From: Azolla caroliniana
Lineage: Eukaryota > Plantae > Polypodiophyta
Assembly: GCA_043228905.1 (NCBI GenBank)
Contig: JBHGNT010000015.1
Coordinates: 13,144,001 to 13,208,000, forward strand
Direction: 5' to 3'
DNA length: 64,000 bases
Program-made: the position numbers and the translations under genes
The notes under the pieces: generated by a model
Seen by the model: only the letters and a program-made list of their open reading frames with translations
The model's database searches: none
Told to the model about the DNA's origin: nothing
Shown: positions 1 through 13,814 of the stretch, in pieces
Numbering within the stretch: position 1 is the first letter of the stretch
How the letters are laid out: every line of letters starts with the position of its first letter

Positions 1-1241
1 GCTTCTTACCAAGAAGAAAGATGCTTGAAGGTTTCTAAAAGACCATAATGACCTATGAGAACTAACAAAGATTACAACAGTTTATGTCAACTCTTCAATG
101 CAAGTGATAAAGGAAAAATTTTAGATTCCTAAAATCGAATGGCTTGAATATATGTAATCATCCGCTGCAACCAGCACAACTCAGGTTTGGTGCCACAATG
201 CATTGCAAGCTCGTAGAAGAAGAAATCTTACATGCATGATGCCTCCCTTGCATTTAGAACATGTCTCTATATAGAATAGACTATAAATGACAATTACTGG
301 GGATCGCCACAACACCTCTGAAATTGTCCTATATTTACCCAAGGTTGATCAGGCTGTCGAAAAAACGTTCAGAAGAGAAAGTAATGGCATTAACCCTAAA
401 AAGATGGTTATCTAATTGCTAATAACATAGCTCCAATTCATAGGAAGAATTTAGTATTTAATATTTACAAGTACACACATTGTATCAAACTTGATTTTTA
501 TGTGTTAAGTAAGATCCAGAACAGGAGCTCTGTGAACATTTCCTGTGCAGAGAATAAAATGAATAATCATAATTCATTTCAAAAACTTTCCAAGCTCCAG
601 CTTGTTATTGGAATAATGCAAGTGTAAACTGAAACTAATTATAGTTTTGTGTGCTTATTATGGCATATGTTCACAGTCATGTACTGTGTTTATTAAACAG
701 CACATAATATATTTGCTATAGAAAAGACCCATGTGACCTAATTCTGAAGACAATAGAAAATTAGTGTATATACTGCTACAGCTAAATGTATCCCAAGGTC
801 CACACATAATAAACCACTGTGGGACTTATCATCAACGCACCTGTCACCGTGTTTAGCACTTAGATGTAGGCTGCTTGTTTGGAAGTGTCCCACAAAATGA
901 AAATGACAACTAGAACGCAAATCAAGAGACAATCCTTTGAGATTGTTGTAACTCCTCCCAGGCATGACTCCCTCCCTATCCAATGAATGTGCTGAAAGAA
1001 TCAAAGACTTCTGAAGTGGAGAGAGTCTATCCATGGCCAAGAACATTCACTCAGATCCCACATCACATAATTCTGCTGTCATCCTTTTCCTTGCATTGGC
1101 ATTTCTCAGAGGTTCCTCTTATGTTGAACGCTCATAAATCAAGACTTTAAAAAAAAATTAGAAGACGCATAATAGTCAAGTTTGAGATAAACCTCATGGT
1201 ATTGATGCATTAGAATTATGAATGTCTCTTCAAAGTCTTAC

Positions 1242-2678
1242 CTTTCATATAAATTTTGAGAGTAATGACTATGAATGCTTGATCCAGGTAAACGAGCACT
1301 TGATAAAGGAGACAGACAGCCAGACCTTGGTGATAAAAATTCATTACTCCCTACAATGACTGCACGCAAGACCATTTCATACTTCTGATAATGAATATTG
1401 TATCTTCTTACAACCAGAAAATAAAAGAAGAATTCCAACAGATTAGAATAGAGAAGAATATTGTTTCTTTGAAGTTCATACCACCAGAAGAACATCGTTC
1501 CTTTCTTCTTTCACTAGTAAGGAGGCAGTTCATAGCCAATTCTATAGTCCCTTCATCCTGCAGATGATATTTTGTTTTCAATATAAAAAGAAAAATTAGT
1601 ATGCACTGTCATAGAGTTTTATAAAGCACCATCTAAAAACAATTTAGAAAGCAAATTAATGAAGATTATTATTTATCCCAGCACATTAATGAAAAAATTT
1701 CAAAACTTTTATATGACCTGAAACAAAAATTATAGTGCTTTAATAGCAACTTTAAAGGGTGATATAATTTGGAGGATGTGGCCCATTGCATATGGCAGAA
1801 CCCTCCAAAAAGTATCTTGAATCAAAATCATGCTTTTGTATAAGAGAGAATTAGCCTACTATAGCACACTACCAAAAGAAGTCAGGATGCTAGGTTTGAT
1901 CTACCTAAGAATAACAATATTCATTGTCCATGATGTAACGTTATAATGTTCACTGGAGTTTTGAGATGGTCATGTGTACGTACATGCACACCAGTATATG
2001 AAAACGTTCCTTCTTGTGATGAAGTAAATTGAATCTCAAAGTTTTTCAAGCAACTCCGTTTTCATGGATAATATCTAGCTGTTGTAGACATTCTCGTGAT
2101 ATGAATTGCAATTACATCTGGGGGAAGGCTGTGTTTAGGAGCCAGAGTTCTTTTGCATGAAGGGGATGCTAAAGTTTTCAAGTTCTCACAATAGGTGGAC
2201 ATTGAAGGAATCTAAGAATACTGTTCTCTCGACTCTCTAGGAACAACACAGAATAAGGAATTCGCGAATCACCTTTCTCTTGGAAAGATATGTTGGAAAG
2301 GTTTATCCAAGCAGATATGTTATAAAATTTTACATGCAAGGAAGTTAGGGATGGGACCTTATTGTCCACGAGAGATTCCAGCTGCTCTGTTTCATCCCGA
2401 ACGCCATTGAACAACTCATTCTTGTATTTGGTCACTGAATGAAAAAGCACAAAATCGAAACGAAGAGAGAATTATTATTACTATAACTGTTGTTGTTCTT
2501 GTTTTCTGTTTAGGGTTCGCAGCTTTGTTTTCTAGGGTTTGAAGGAAGCTGAAGAGAGGCCAGGAAAGGAAGATGTGTGCTCACCGGAATCGTTGTGGTT
2601 GGACAGGAGGGAAAGGGGCAAGCGTGGGAGGCGAGGCTTGGAAGGCTTCACCTCCTCTGCCGCCATCGCCATCGCCAT
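1242..2678 (-). CDS. 5' exons of an unidentified host gene (exons 2678-2585, 2434-2358, 1557-1482, 1350-1242; continues leftwards)
   Basis: GT-AG introns with consistent phases (1,0,1,2) join into one open frame: MAMAMAAEEVKPSKPRLPRLPLSLLSNHNDSVTKYKNELFNGVRDETEQLESLVDNKDEGTIELAMNCLLTSERRKERCSSGGSNEFLSPRSGCLSPLSSARLPGSSIHSHYSQNLYER. The exon-2 donor is ambiguous and no family was recognised. Confidence 0.55.
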
Positions 2679-2814
2679 CGCTCGCTACTACGTTTCTGCG
2701 TCTGCGTCTGCGTCTGCGTCTGCAGACATAACTAACTTTAAATCTCTCCCTTTCCAACGAATATGTATGTATACGTAAGTAAGTAATAACATAACATTAC
2801 AAACAAATAAAGAT

Positions 2815-3018
2815 ACATACATACATACATACATAGATCGTAGAAATTACAGAACTAGCCCTTTCCCATTCCACATGATGAGAAGATGATGAGAGAGAGA
2901 GTTCCTTGGGAGATGATGAGATGATGAGAGAGAGTGTGTGTGTGTGAGTGAGTGAGTGAATGAGTGAGATGATGAGTGAGTGAGTGAGAGAGAGAGAGAG
3001 TATGAGATGATGAGAGAG
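2815..3018. repeat. Low-complexity microsatellite cluster (ATAC, GA, GT, GAGT, GATGA)
   Basis: Directly visible simple repeats upstream of the first gene. Confidence 0.85.
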
Positions 3019-3559
3019 TGGCCTAAACTAGGGAGGACTTCTTGTAAGAATATTTAAACCCGCTCCCTTTATAGGCTGCGTCGTGTAACTTCCTCACTTT
3101 GCGAAATGGCATTGTCGGTTTAGTGATTTGATTCGAGTCGAAGGGCTCGTAGAGTCGAAGGCTCATTTGCTAGCATTGCAATTCGACCTCACTAGACTCT
3201 CTTGATACATGTTAGACCCCATCCTGTTGTCTACCATTCGAACCATCACTTCCATGTGACTTAGCTCACATGCATTGCGATGTGAGACAAGGCGTTGGGA
3301 CACAAGTGATGAGAGTGGTCAACTACAACTCCTTTCGGGTGGCCCCATGCCCTATTGGTGTTAACCATAGCTTCTTAAAATAAAAAAGTGATATCTCCAA
3401 CACCATCAACTTCATTCAACCAAGCCATCACACCACAACACATTTCATACATGAGTGACTCTCTTGCATTTAATCTCGACATGTTCAAGCTCATCTCTCC
3501 TCTCTTGATTCTTCCTTTCCTTTAGAGAATCTTACTACACAACTTACACACATCCTTCA

Positions 3560-5330
3560 TTCTACAACAATTAGCAGTTTCCCACACACAAAACACTCCA
3601 ATCAAGGTAGAGTAGGGTCTCTGCCATAGAATAGATGGTATGATGAGGATTGTAGAGACTTATATAGAAAACTTAAAGTATCGTGACTTAATGGTACTAT
3701 TACCTTAGTACAAGCTCACAAATAAACACGCAAGTTGACACGTCATAAGGCATCTCAATATTGGGTTACCCTATGATCATGAGTAATGATTGTGCCATTG
3801 CATGGAAGAGACTATGGGAACCAAGACCACAAATACCCATCGAGGATCCCAACACTTGGCACACATATACAAAGAGACTTTACCAAGTCATGAACTACCC
3901 ACCCATTCTTATGCCTTCTACACCTCAACCTACCATGGGGACATTATTCACAACCTCTAGAGTCACTAAGGTCATAAAGAAATTACAACATAAAAAGTCC
4001 ATGGATCACACATGAGCTCCTTTTCTCACTCTAATCTTCAATGTTGCCCTTGTGGAGGGTTTTCCACCACAATGGACCATGAACACAATGACCCCTATAC
4101 GTAAAGGAGGGGACCCCATGGACCCAAATACATATAGGACCATTATGATTGGTCATATGCTCACTACATTATATGATTCAGTAATGGAAGCAAAGCTCAA
4201 TGATTATCTGGAGACATTAAGTCTCACAGCACCCAAACATGCCAACTTTAGACGAGCCTTCTCTACTATTGACCTTATCTTCACACTTAAATGCTTAATT
4301 AACCAAACCAAGGCTCGCAAGAGGAATTTACATTGTTTGTTCTGTGGACTTCTACAAAGCCTTTGACATAGTCCCTAGAGAGTAGTTGTTTGATAAACTT
4401 ACAAGCTTAGAGATACCAAATTACATGATTTGGGCCATTTATTCTTTATATAAGCAAGTCTCTAGGTGTGTATGATGACTTGATGGCCTATCCAATTGCT
4501 TCACATAGCACCGTTGGTATAAAACAAGGTTGTCCCCTATCACCAACTCTTTTTGGGATCTACATTGATGAGATAACTGGTTTTATTGATTGTAAGGGAG
4601 GCAACAAAGTAGTCCTTGAGGGTACACAAGTCAATTTCTTGCTCTATGCAAACGATATAGATTTACTCTTTTGAGTCTGAACACAACCTACAAAGGCACC
4701 TTAATGCCTTAGATGACTTTTGCAAACAAAGAGGATTGGTCGTGAATCTAGGTGAAACTAAAGTCCTTATCTTCCACACATTTTCTTAGGTTAGGACTAA
4801 ATGTAACCTAACACTCTCTCATAGACTAGTTGCGGTAGTTGGATGATATGTATATCTTGTAGTCACTTTTAGTGCTCGCTCAGGTAAATTTCGATGACAC
4901 AAGCAACCAAAGATAGATTAACAAGAGGATATGCACGCCTCTCACTCTTAGAGGGACAATGCCACCACACATACTTTAAAGAGCCACAAAATAAGGGGTG
5001 GCTTGTTGACTCATTAGTGACCCCTTCCCTCATGTATGCATCAACGGTTGGGGCTCCAAGGCTACCACCTTTCATGTATGTGCAGATAGAGAGACTGTTG
5101 GTGATGATGTTATCATGTCAGCTCGGAAGCAATTCGACAATGCCACATGACATCATTAGAGTAGAGTTCGCTTTACCCCCTACGCTAGTAGAAGCTTTTT
5201 TCAACTAGTAGTTTTTATTAATAGGATGCATAGACAATCACAAAGGTAGGATAGGGAACGTGATTTACATCACCTAGAAGCTATGATCGGGATATCTTTT
5301 ACATCGGGACCATGGGCCACTCCTAGATTG
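3560..5330 (+). mobile_element. Degenerate non-LTR retrotransposon (LINE) ORF2 remnant, not L1-like (CR1/L2/RTE/RTEX type)
   Basis: Fragments RWYDEDC, DPNTYRTIMIG, FRRAFSTIDLIFTL, GIKQGCPLSPTLFGIYID and LLYANDI (YADD) are spread over several frames with stops. Confidence 0.8.
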
Positions 5331-5569
5331 AAAACCTTCGATCTCCCACTCCTTTTCAAGAGGCTTGGATAGTAATGAAACTAGCTCTAGCACATAGCCA
5401 TTTCCTTTATAGAATATGTTACACAATAACATCTTTTGTACAATATTGTAACTCTTTTACCTATGTTTATTTTATTTTTAATTTCATTGATTGGGTACAC
5501 TTCCCATTTTGTTGTAATCAATTATCTCATGGGCCAAATTTGATCTTAGAAGATGTTAATATATCTTTT

Positions 5570-5571
<2 letters not shown>

Positions 5572-5633
<62 letters not shown>
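5572..5633. repeat. (TC)n microsatellite
   Basis: About 31 perfect TC units. Confidence 0.95.
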
Positions 5634-5637
<4 letters not shown>

Positions 5638-8479
5638 CAACACTCGAATGGCTAAGAACAAGGTTGATCGCACTAGATTAACACAACAAACCTTGATTAA
5701 GACCAAACCACAAGTTTTTTAGCAAGAAAATCACTTTTTGGTTTATAACAGGTTTACAAATGGCAAAATGATTGATATGACAATTACAATAAGTGTTTAC
5801 AAAAGGTAATAATGGTTAATTTATCAATGAAGATTCAAACTTCATGGTGTTCGGTGGGCCGCCTACGATCAATTGTTATACTGCTTCTTGTTGATGTGGG
5901 GTACTCCGTGCCACTTTGAGCTTCCTTCCTCAATCGATGAATAGAACTCTGCATTCTCCCCTCGAACATGCCCACCCATTACTATGGCTTGGTGGTGGTG
6001 AACAAAAGCTCAAAACAATAAGAGAAGAAGATGAAGGAGACGTGGACTAACTCCACTCTCACACTCATTCGCTCCCAACCGTAAAACTCTAAGTAAAACA
6101 AAAGAAGAAGAAACCCTAAAATTAGAAATGAAGACGTCCAAAACAATGAATATCAAAAGTTGGAACCCCAAAATGAGCCATCCTCTCCCTTTTTTAATAG
6201 TGAGACTTGAAGTAATGCTCACATACTCCTTTCCCATAAAACTAAGACTTACACATTGCATCTTCTTTTGCACAATTGATAGCCCTATCATTAAGCTATT
6301 AAGCTATTTTTATTATTATACTATTCTTTTCATTTATAGATATTCACATTTATGTTGATATCCCTCTTTTCCCATTTTCCTTATTTCCTCCTTTGAGTTG
6401 ACACTGATTCCCGTGCTTTTAATGGTTAGTATAAGCTCTCTATGACAACCATTTGTCGTTTGTTTATTTTGCTGCTAAATGCCGAAGCACTAGGATTTGG
6501 GGGTCTATTATATACAATGACCCTTAGTAGTTCATTTTGCACTACTCAAGGTATATCTATGCCTTATGGGTTCTTCATTATTATGTTGCACAGATTAATA
6601 TGCAAGCAGCAAGGTTATGGGAACTCGACAGAAGAATAAGATTATGATTATGATCATGTTTTCAAGCGAAAAAGTGTTGAGATGCTCAACAAATCTATGT
6701 GGTTCAACCAAGGGTTTGGTACTATATGTGGACAATAATACAATGTACATTGAGAATAATGTTAGGATTAGAGACCTAACAAACCGTTGCAAGAGGGTTA
6801 AAGGTCGGTTCTTCACTTCTAGTCCCCAAGCTATATTTGTGCTCCCTTAGGGGCACATGAGTGTATATCTTCATTTTATCATCTCTTTGTCATACTTGCG
6901 CTTATGGGCTATGCTCAACACAAATAATATATTTCTTCCCGTGTATCTTGTGCTATTCATTTGTTGAGGCAACACTCTATTTTTTGGCATGGTCTAATTG
7001 TAGAAGTTTTGTTCTTGCTAGACAACTAGGAATTAAGGGGGAAATTACATAAGAGACGATGACGATTAAACTAAAAATTGTGAGTTTCATGTCAAGTGGT
7101 AGTGGAAAAAGTGCAATCCTTCATAGGGTGATGTCATGCCCCCCAAAACCTTCAAAAGGCATGTTCAACAAGATGAATTGACATATTGTGAAACTTCAAG
7201 ATTTATGGATTCCTATGAGCTCTTGGACACCATAATTGAAATCCATTTTGATCCAATTGGCACTACTAATCAAAAGAACTCAATGCAAACATGAGTTTGC
7301 AACCCGCACAATATATGTGCAAACATGTAGAAGATGGAATGTCAATTCTAAGTATGTTATCATTATGGGAATGTGGATTCTATGTGTACATTGATACAAC
7401 ATGCATTCCAATATACAGATGTTTGGTTAATTTTCTAGAATCAATAGGCGTTGTAGAACAAGATTAGGACCCAAAACTTCAACAATCAATATGTAAACTA
7501 ATGTATGGAAGGCAAAAGTGTTTACCATAATGATATAGCACCTTTAAAAGCAAGTGAATAGTCTAATAAAGAGTGGGCATATGTGTTCTTTGTGTTTCTT
7601 AAATAGGAATAATTGTAGATAGAGATTCATCATTAGTTGAATAAAATCCAAAATCCATATTAAATGGGATATAGAAGGATGAGAACTTGAGTAGTCTTTC
7701 AACAAAAGATGCCCCGATTGTGGTACATTGAAGCATTTGGCATAGGATTACAACTCTTCATATGGGCTTTTTTATTAGCCAAGATGTTTAATTTTGTAGT
7801 TCTAGAGGTTAGAATATCTTTAACCAAGTTATGGCTCTCCATATAACATTTCTCTATGTTAGATTTGAGATTCTTTATTTCTCATGTTACAATCCCTTCT
7901 ATTGGTGTTCCTCACACATGTATCATTGGATGAGGTTGGATTGACATTTACCTTAATTCCAACAATGCCAATAGGCACAAGTATCCAACCGTTCATAAAC
8001 CTATTGGAAGTAATACTACTTAATAGTCCTTAAGCTCAATGTTAGGCTCTAGCTAAAAACAATATGATCAAATATGTTAATCGACATGTTTAAGTAGTAA
8101 ACGATTACATAATATGCTTAATGTAAGGAAAACCATTTAACTTGCATTACAATATGTCTTAACAATGTCCTACACCTTAGTCTAAGTTCTTAAGATGGAA
8201 TAATGACAACTTAGATGCTTGTTTAGAGAAGTGTTATAGGCATGACCTTATAGACTAATAAAGAAACCACTAGCTCTTAAGCTAATGAGACTGAGGAGAA
8301 CTTTCAAAAATGGTAAAAAGTGACTTTATAGTTTTCTTATTACACTTGGGCCTTTTTCATACCTATATGTCTCTTTTTGTTTAGAAGTAGTAATTATGTT
8401 ACCTACAAAATATATAACTACATTAGATGGGGATGTAATATCAAGCGAATCCCATCTAATTGACCATTGCATCCCTTAT

Positions 8480-9200
8480 TTCTTAATTCCTCTAGGTGGA
8501 CCTATTTCATTATGCTATCTTATAATAGTGAATACAATTGTTGGGCATGATTTCCTATAATGTTACAAACATCTAGTTGATCTTTGAACGCTATATTAAG
8601 CATAAAAAACATTTGCATTCCACATCCACAAATTATGCCATAATTATGAATACCACAGAAACTCAAACACAAATGGAAACTTTGAATGGGGCGATCAAAT
8701 CTCACCTTGACCAAAAATCATTTGGAAAGGGGATTTTGATACCCTAGTTAGAAAATCCCCATACCCCCAATATGAATGTTCAAATAGGTCTTGCTACCAG
8801 ACAACTAATAAATCTATGGGGTTTGTGTTCCTCCACAACCGTACAAAAATAACATGTGCTTAAATAGGCATTCCATTGTTGGAAGGCAACACCTACCGGT
8901 AATCAAGCCACCATGCTTGTCAAATAAATAATTTTGCTTTGAAAGGAATACAAGACTTCTATCCTAATGGCACCACCCTTTGCCATCCGCTATCAAACCT
9001 CTTGATTCCCTACTCTTTCCTAATCCAATCCACCATCCATGTGTGCCTACTAATAAGATGGATATACACATAATTCGTTGTAAATTTACCCAACCTTTTA
9101 TGTCCCCCACCCCAAATGATCAATATATCAAGAGTATCCTCAATCAAATTTGGAATTCGAGGTCACAAAATATTTAGTGCTTGTAATCAAGACTATATAT
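8480..9200 (-). mobile_element. Old L1 LINE 3' (zf-RVT) remnant
   Basis: Minus-strand fragments SCIPFKAKLFI, LPVG and LWHNLWMWNANVF resemble the L1 zf-RVT and WxIWxxRN motifs. Heavily degenerate; ends approximate. Confidence 0.45.
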
Positions 9201-10816
9201 CTTGATAATTGGAGAGATTTCATTATTGTCCTAATTGCCATAACCTAAGTGTCTTCTCCCTTTTGTTTTCCTACTTCTTGTCCTCTTGTTTTGTTTTTCT
9301 TCTTTCTTGCCACTTGGCCGATACCAACACCTTTGCCTATGTGGTTGAAGCGTGTAGGGATGGTGTACGATAGATACTTACCACATTCAAACAAAATATG
9401 GAGTTTAGAGTATCTTAAATATTTAGAGATAGAGGTTTGAAGATTCTTGAGTTTGATAGATATGGTTGAGGTGAACCATTGGCTAGTCGAGATGTATATT
9501 CCAATGTGACACCAAATAGGAGATCTAGGTTTTATATCAAGTTTCGGCATAAGGATAAAGAATGGTTAAGATTGGGTAGGAGATGTTGGAGGATATAAGC
9601 TCAACCTTTGGAGAGGCTTCAAAAGAAATCAATGATGATCATAATCCTTTGATCCTAGGGGGCCAAGGGGATTTCAATGCCTCATTATGTCCCAACGGGG
9701 GGAGTTGTAAGGACCACGGTAGTCCCAACATGATATTTGTGTGTTGCATGAAGGTTTACAGGTCAAAGCTAGGACATGGGGAAGATGACAATATATTGGA
9801 TGCTTGGGAGGAAAGCCCTACCATGTTATGTAGGATTTATTTTATTGATGTCTTAGAGTGGTATCAAAGCTAAACTAGAAGAGTGTTAATTTTAAATAAG
9901 AGGCCATATATATCATAGCTAATAGAAGCTCATCTATTAGCTATCGCTACAATTGTTGGGACATTGATGATACCATCCACGCTCATACAATATTGCTTCA
10001 ATGGCCACATGAATATGCTTATTTCTAATCACATGACATTGAATGAGAATGGAAGGTGTGGACGCAATGATCACTCATCTTTGCCTATCTTTCACTCGAT
10101 GCAAGATGGATTTATGAATGAAAACAATGTGGAATAATTGGGTAAAAATTCACCTTCATCTCAAACTAGCCCTCACCATTTGTAATGACACCCCTCCTAC
10201 ATTCATATCTTTTGACTTGCATAGATATGCAAGGACTACACACTTATGGTTGGATGATGCCTGTGCAAGAAGTAAGTATATTGGAGACAATTAATTATAG
10301 GAAGACATTGATTACATATATAGAGACATGGGTGGGTGTGACCATATGTGATGTGAAGCATACCAAATGGGTGTGGCCAAATGGGTGGACATGAGGGATG
10401 GAATACCAAAATAAGGAGATTCAAGAGACCATTATATGCTTGGCTTTTTGTCAAAGGATCCTTCATATCCATGTTTCTTGCCGAATTCTCTCGAGGAAAG
10501 CTCTCATATCTTAGTTAGGATCTAGTCCTTTTTGCCTGATTCAACGATCGAGAAGAAAAGGCTATGACACCCCCCAAGGGCAAGTAAGCCTAGGGGCAAT
10601 GAATCACATACATTGTGATATGCAGCATGTAATGCCTTTGTTTTGTTTGATTCAGAAACACAAAAAACAAAAACAAAAAACAAAAAACAAGAAGAAAGCA
10701 AAACAAACCATACCAATGTAAGATGTCAGGAGGGGCTTGACAATCTCAAAGTACATGTATATATATATATGTAGAAGTTTCATACAAAACGATGAAGTGG
10801 ATGTACACATCACAGA

Positions 10817-11653
10817 TCAATCGCGGGGCGCGACGGAGGTGGTGAAGGAGTCATGGATGTGGCGGAGCACGGGGGCATCGGTGGCCCAATTGGCGGGCGG
10901 GGAATTCACAAAATGGGCATAAAGCTTGTTGTTGGCGCAAGTGACGGAGATGAGGGAATGGGCGACGGGGCTATCGATCTCGAAATCATAGTAGAGTTGG
11001 CCCGAGGCGGGGTCGGTGCGGTCGGCCGCCTGGATGTTGTCGGCCGAGGAGATCATGTCCTGGAGGTTTACGTCCGAGAGGGCGAGGTTCCCGAGGACCG
11101 TGTCTCGGCCCGAAAGACGGCTGAATCCCGACAAGAAGGTGAGGTACACTTTCTCGGCTCGCCGCCTAGGGTTGAAGAACTCGCTGTCGGTGCCATTGGT
11201 GCCTTTCTCCACCTTGGAGATCAGCCTCTCTTTCCAGCCATTCGGGACATCATACACATACTCTGCTGTGTCCTTCTTCGATGCGTTGCCTCCGAATCCG
11301 CCATAGCTAGATGCGCTCGCGGCCGTGCCGTAATACTCGTAGAAGCCCCCCGCTGCAACCGCCTCCTCCGCCGCCATGGCCATGGCCACTGAGCAGCCAT
11401 CCATGGCACCAGAAAAGCTTAGTAAAATGGCTGCCGCTGCCCCAGCAGCAGCTGTGACTGCTCTGTTTATGCCTTTCATATCGTTGCGATCCGACATGCC
11501 TCCGCTACTTCCTGAGCCTGCTCTGATGACGAGTGTGGAGTGATGATGGCGATGGTGAAGTGATGCATTGCGGCCACACCAGATTTGGTCACTTACAGTT
11601 GGGGGCTTTAGCAGAGATAGGGAGGAGCCGAGGGCCCAAGTAGAAGAAGCCAT
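10817..11653 (-). CDS. TL19: Thylakoid lumenal 19 kDa protein-like (PsbP/Mog1 fold; resembles At3g63540), intronless CDS, 278 aa
   Basis: Ser-rich transit peptide, then a hydrophobic lumen signal ending in AMA. The mature part contains YYGTAASASSYGGFGGN, AEYVYDVPNGWKERLISKVEKGTNGTDSEF and LYAHFVNSP, which I recognise as TL19. Confidence 0.9.
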   Translation of the reverse strand: MASSTWALGSSLSLLKPPTVSDQIWCGRNASLHHRHHHSTLVIRAGSGSSGGMSDRNDMKGINRAVTAAAGAAAAILLSFSGAMDGCSVAMAMAAEEAVAAGGFYEYYGTAASASSYGGFGGNASKKDTAEYVYDVPNGWKERLISKVEKGTNGTDSEFFNPRRRAEKVYLTFLSGFSRLSGRDTVLGNLALSDVNLQDMISSADNIQAADRTDPASGQLYYDFEIDSPVAHSLISVTCANNKLYAHFVNSPPANWATDAPVLRHIHDSFTTSVAPRD

Positions 11654-12869
11654 GGCTGAAGGAGGAAGATGATGATCTAGATATATATATATATATATAT
11701 ATATATAGCCTTACCTGTGAAACTCTGCTGCTTCTTCTTCTTCTTCTTCTTCTTCTGCTAAATCTGCTGCTCTCTTCATCTATTTAACCATATGTATGCC
11801 TGCCTGCACACATAACACACATATCATATATCATATATGTATCTGTATATGATATATCCAATCCATCCATCCATTCCAAATCCAATTCTTCTTCTTCTTC
11901 TTCTCTTTATTCCTCAAATCTTTTGTTTGCTTGTTTGTTAGCCTTTCTTTCACACGCACACAACACACACAATCTCATGATATGTCCACGATTTTGGGCG
12001 GACATCACATTGGCGGATGGACCTTCGGCCGCGCGTAAGATGAGTAAGAAAAAGCTCACTTGGATGTCTTGTTAAGCTTTGCGTGTGTCTCGGTCTCACA
12101 TATTGGTTCGAGCCCTCTTATCCTGATTCCCAACCAACACCGACTTTGATCACCTATGGATCACATTGTTCTTTTTATTGACGTTACGCAATTCATATTT
12201 TGATTACATCTTTTTTTAACTCCAATAGGAGGGGGTTACCAATAATGAGTCATCCCTTTTATTGGTGGTCACCAAACTTGAAGTGACATTTTTTCATACG
12301 ATTTGATGATAGTGTTGAAGCACTGTGAGTACGAGTGCTATGTGCGGAAACGTGTATGGATCTGTAGTCGGTATTGAACAACAAACAACACATACAGAAA
12401 ATAGAATAGGCTTACACAGATGGAGCTTTAATGGAAAGCTTCTTATTACTTTGTTCTTTCTCAGAGATACGATACTCTACTTGTCATCACTCATTACAAT
12501 GTTAGGTATTCGCTTATATACTAAGCCCTAACTTATTAACGAGTTCACACTCGGACGGATACAATTTGGAAGGAGTCAGCCTTTTATGCCAACAAACTCC
12601 CCCGTAAAAGGACTACTCTTTCTTGCATGTACAAGTGCTTGGGGTTATCTCCCCCGTAAACCTAGATTACAAATTTAACTAGATCTTATGTTACAAGTCT
12701 GTCGGCAAGTGGTCGAGTCGACAGAGGTATAGTATGAGTGTCGGTCAGCTCTTACCTTCTGCTCCTCGTTTGGCTTTCTTCTGCTTGGTCGCTTGTCATA
12801 GCCCCATCTTCGTCCTTAGCATTCCGAAACGTTGATCTAGGAGTGGCTTTTTCAGGCAATCGGCGATGT

Positions 12870-13814
12870 TCACCTCAGTTCGAGCTTCTGGACTTCGAGT
12901 TTCTTCTTGGTCATGAGCTCCCGAATATGATGATACCGCACCTCAATGTGCTTCGTCTTCGCATGGTAGACGGGATTGTTGATGAGGTGTATTGCACTCT
13001 GTAAGTCGCAATAGATAGTTGGCGCTGGTCGGTCTATTCGGTTTGCAGTTCCAAAGTCGGCAGTCAGTCGGTGCAGCCAGATCGCTTCCTTCGTTGCTTC
13101 CAATGCTGCTATATACTCGACTTTTGTGGTAGATAGAGCTGCGCACTCATGAAGTTTCGACCTCCATGATATCGCACCACCACCATAGGTGAAGATGTAA
13201 CCTGATGTCGATTTTCGATTGTCCGTGTTCCCGGCATAGTCAGAGTTGGTGTAGCCTTCGATTTCGGCTGAGATTGTCAGTCTGAAAGTCAGCTGTGCAT
13301 CCGTGGTTCCTTTTAGATACCTAAGAATGTGTTTGACGGCCTCCCAATGCTTCTTTCCTGGGTTTGACATGTACCGGCTGACCACCCCTACGACATAGGC
13401 TAGGTCGGGTTCGGTCACCACCATTGCGTACATGATACTTCCTAATGCTGATGCGTAGGGTATCTTTCCATTAAGATCTCTCTCCTTGTCCGTTGCAGGA
13501 GAGTCTCTATTTGATAGTCTGATCGACGTTGGAAGCGGTGTCGGTGCTGGCTTCACGTTCTCCATGTTGAAGCACTTCAGCACCTTGCGGATGTATTCGG
13601 ACTGGGAGAGTTGGAGAGTTTTAGTCGTCCGATTTCGCTCTATCCTCATGCCCAGTATGTGTCGGGCTTGTCCGAGTTCCTTCATCGCAAACTTTGCGTG
13701 AAGGCTGCACTTGAGCTTACCGATCTCTACTTGGTTGCTCCCTGCAATCAACATGTTGTCGACGTATAGGATCAGATGGATCCTTGACTTGTCGGCCAAT
13801 TGCCGAACATACAT
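12870..13814 (-). pseudogene. Copia-1 RT C-terminus and RNase H fragment
   Basis: LYVDNMLI (YVDD mutated), YASALGSIMYAMV, SDYAG, STSGYIF and KHIEVRYH. Confidence 0.9.

Noticed and set aside
738-1046. Stand-alone 102-aa ORF
   Set aside because: It lies downstream of the last confident exon of the first gene; part may be an exon, but support is insufficient.
9245-9900. LINE endonuclease fragment (GDFNA)
   Set aside because: One short motif in degenerate sequence is too little to annotate.
10853-11392. Plus-strand ORFs overlapping TL19
   Set aside because: Antisense shadows of a GC-rich CDS; the same applies to the many plus-strand ORFs over Copia-5.
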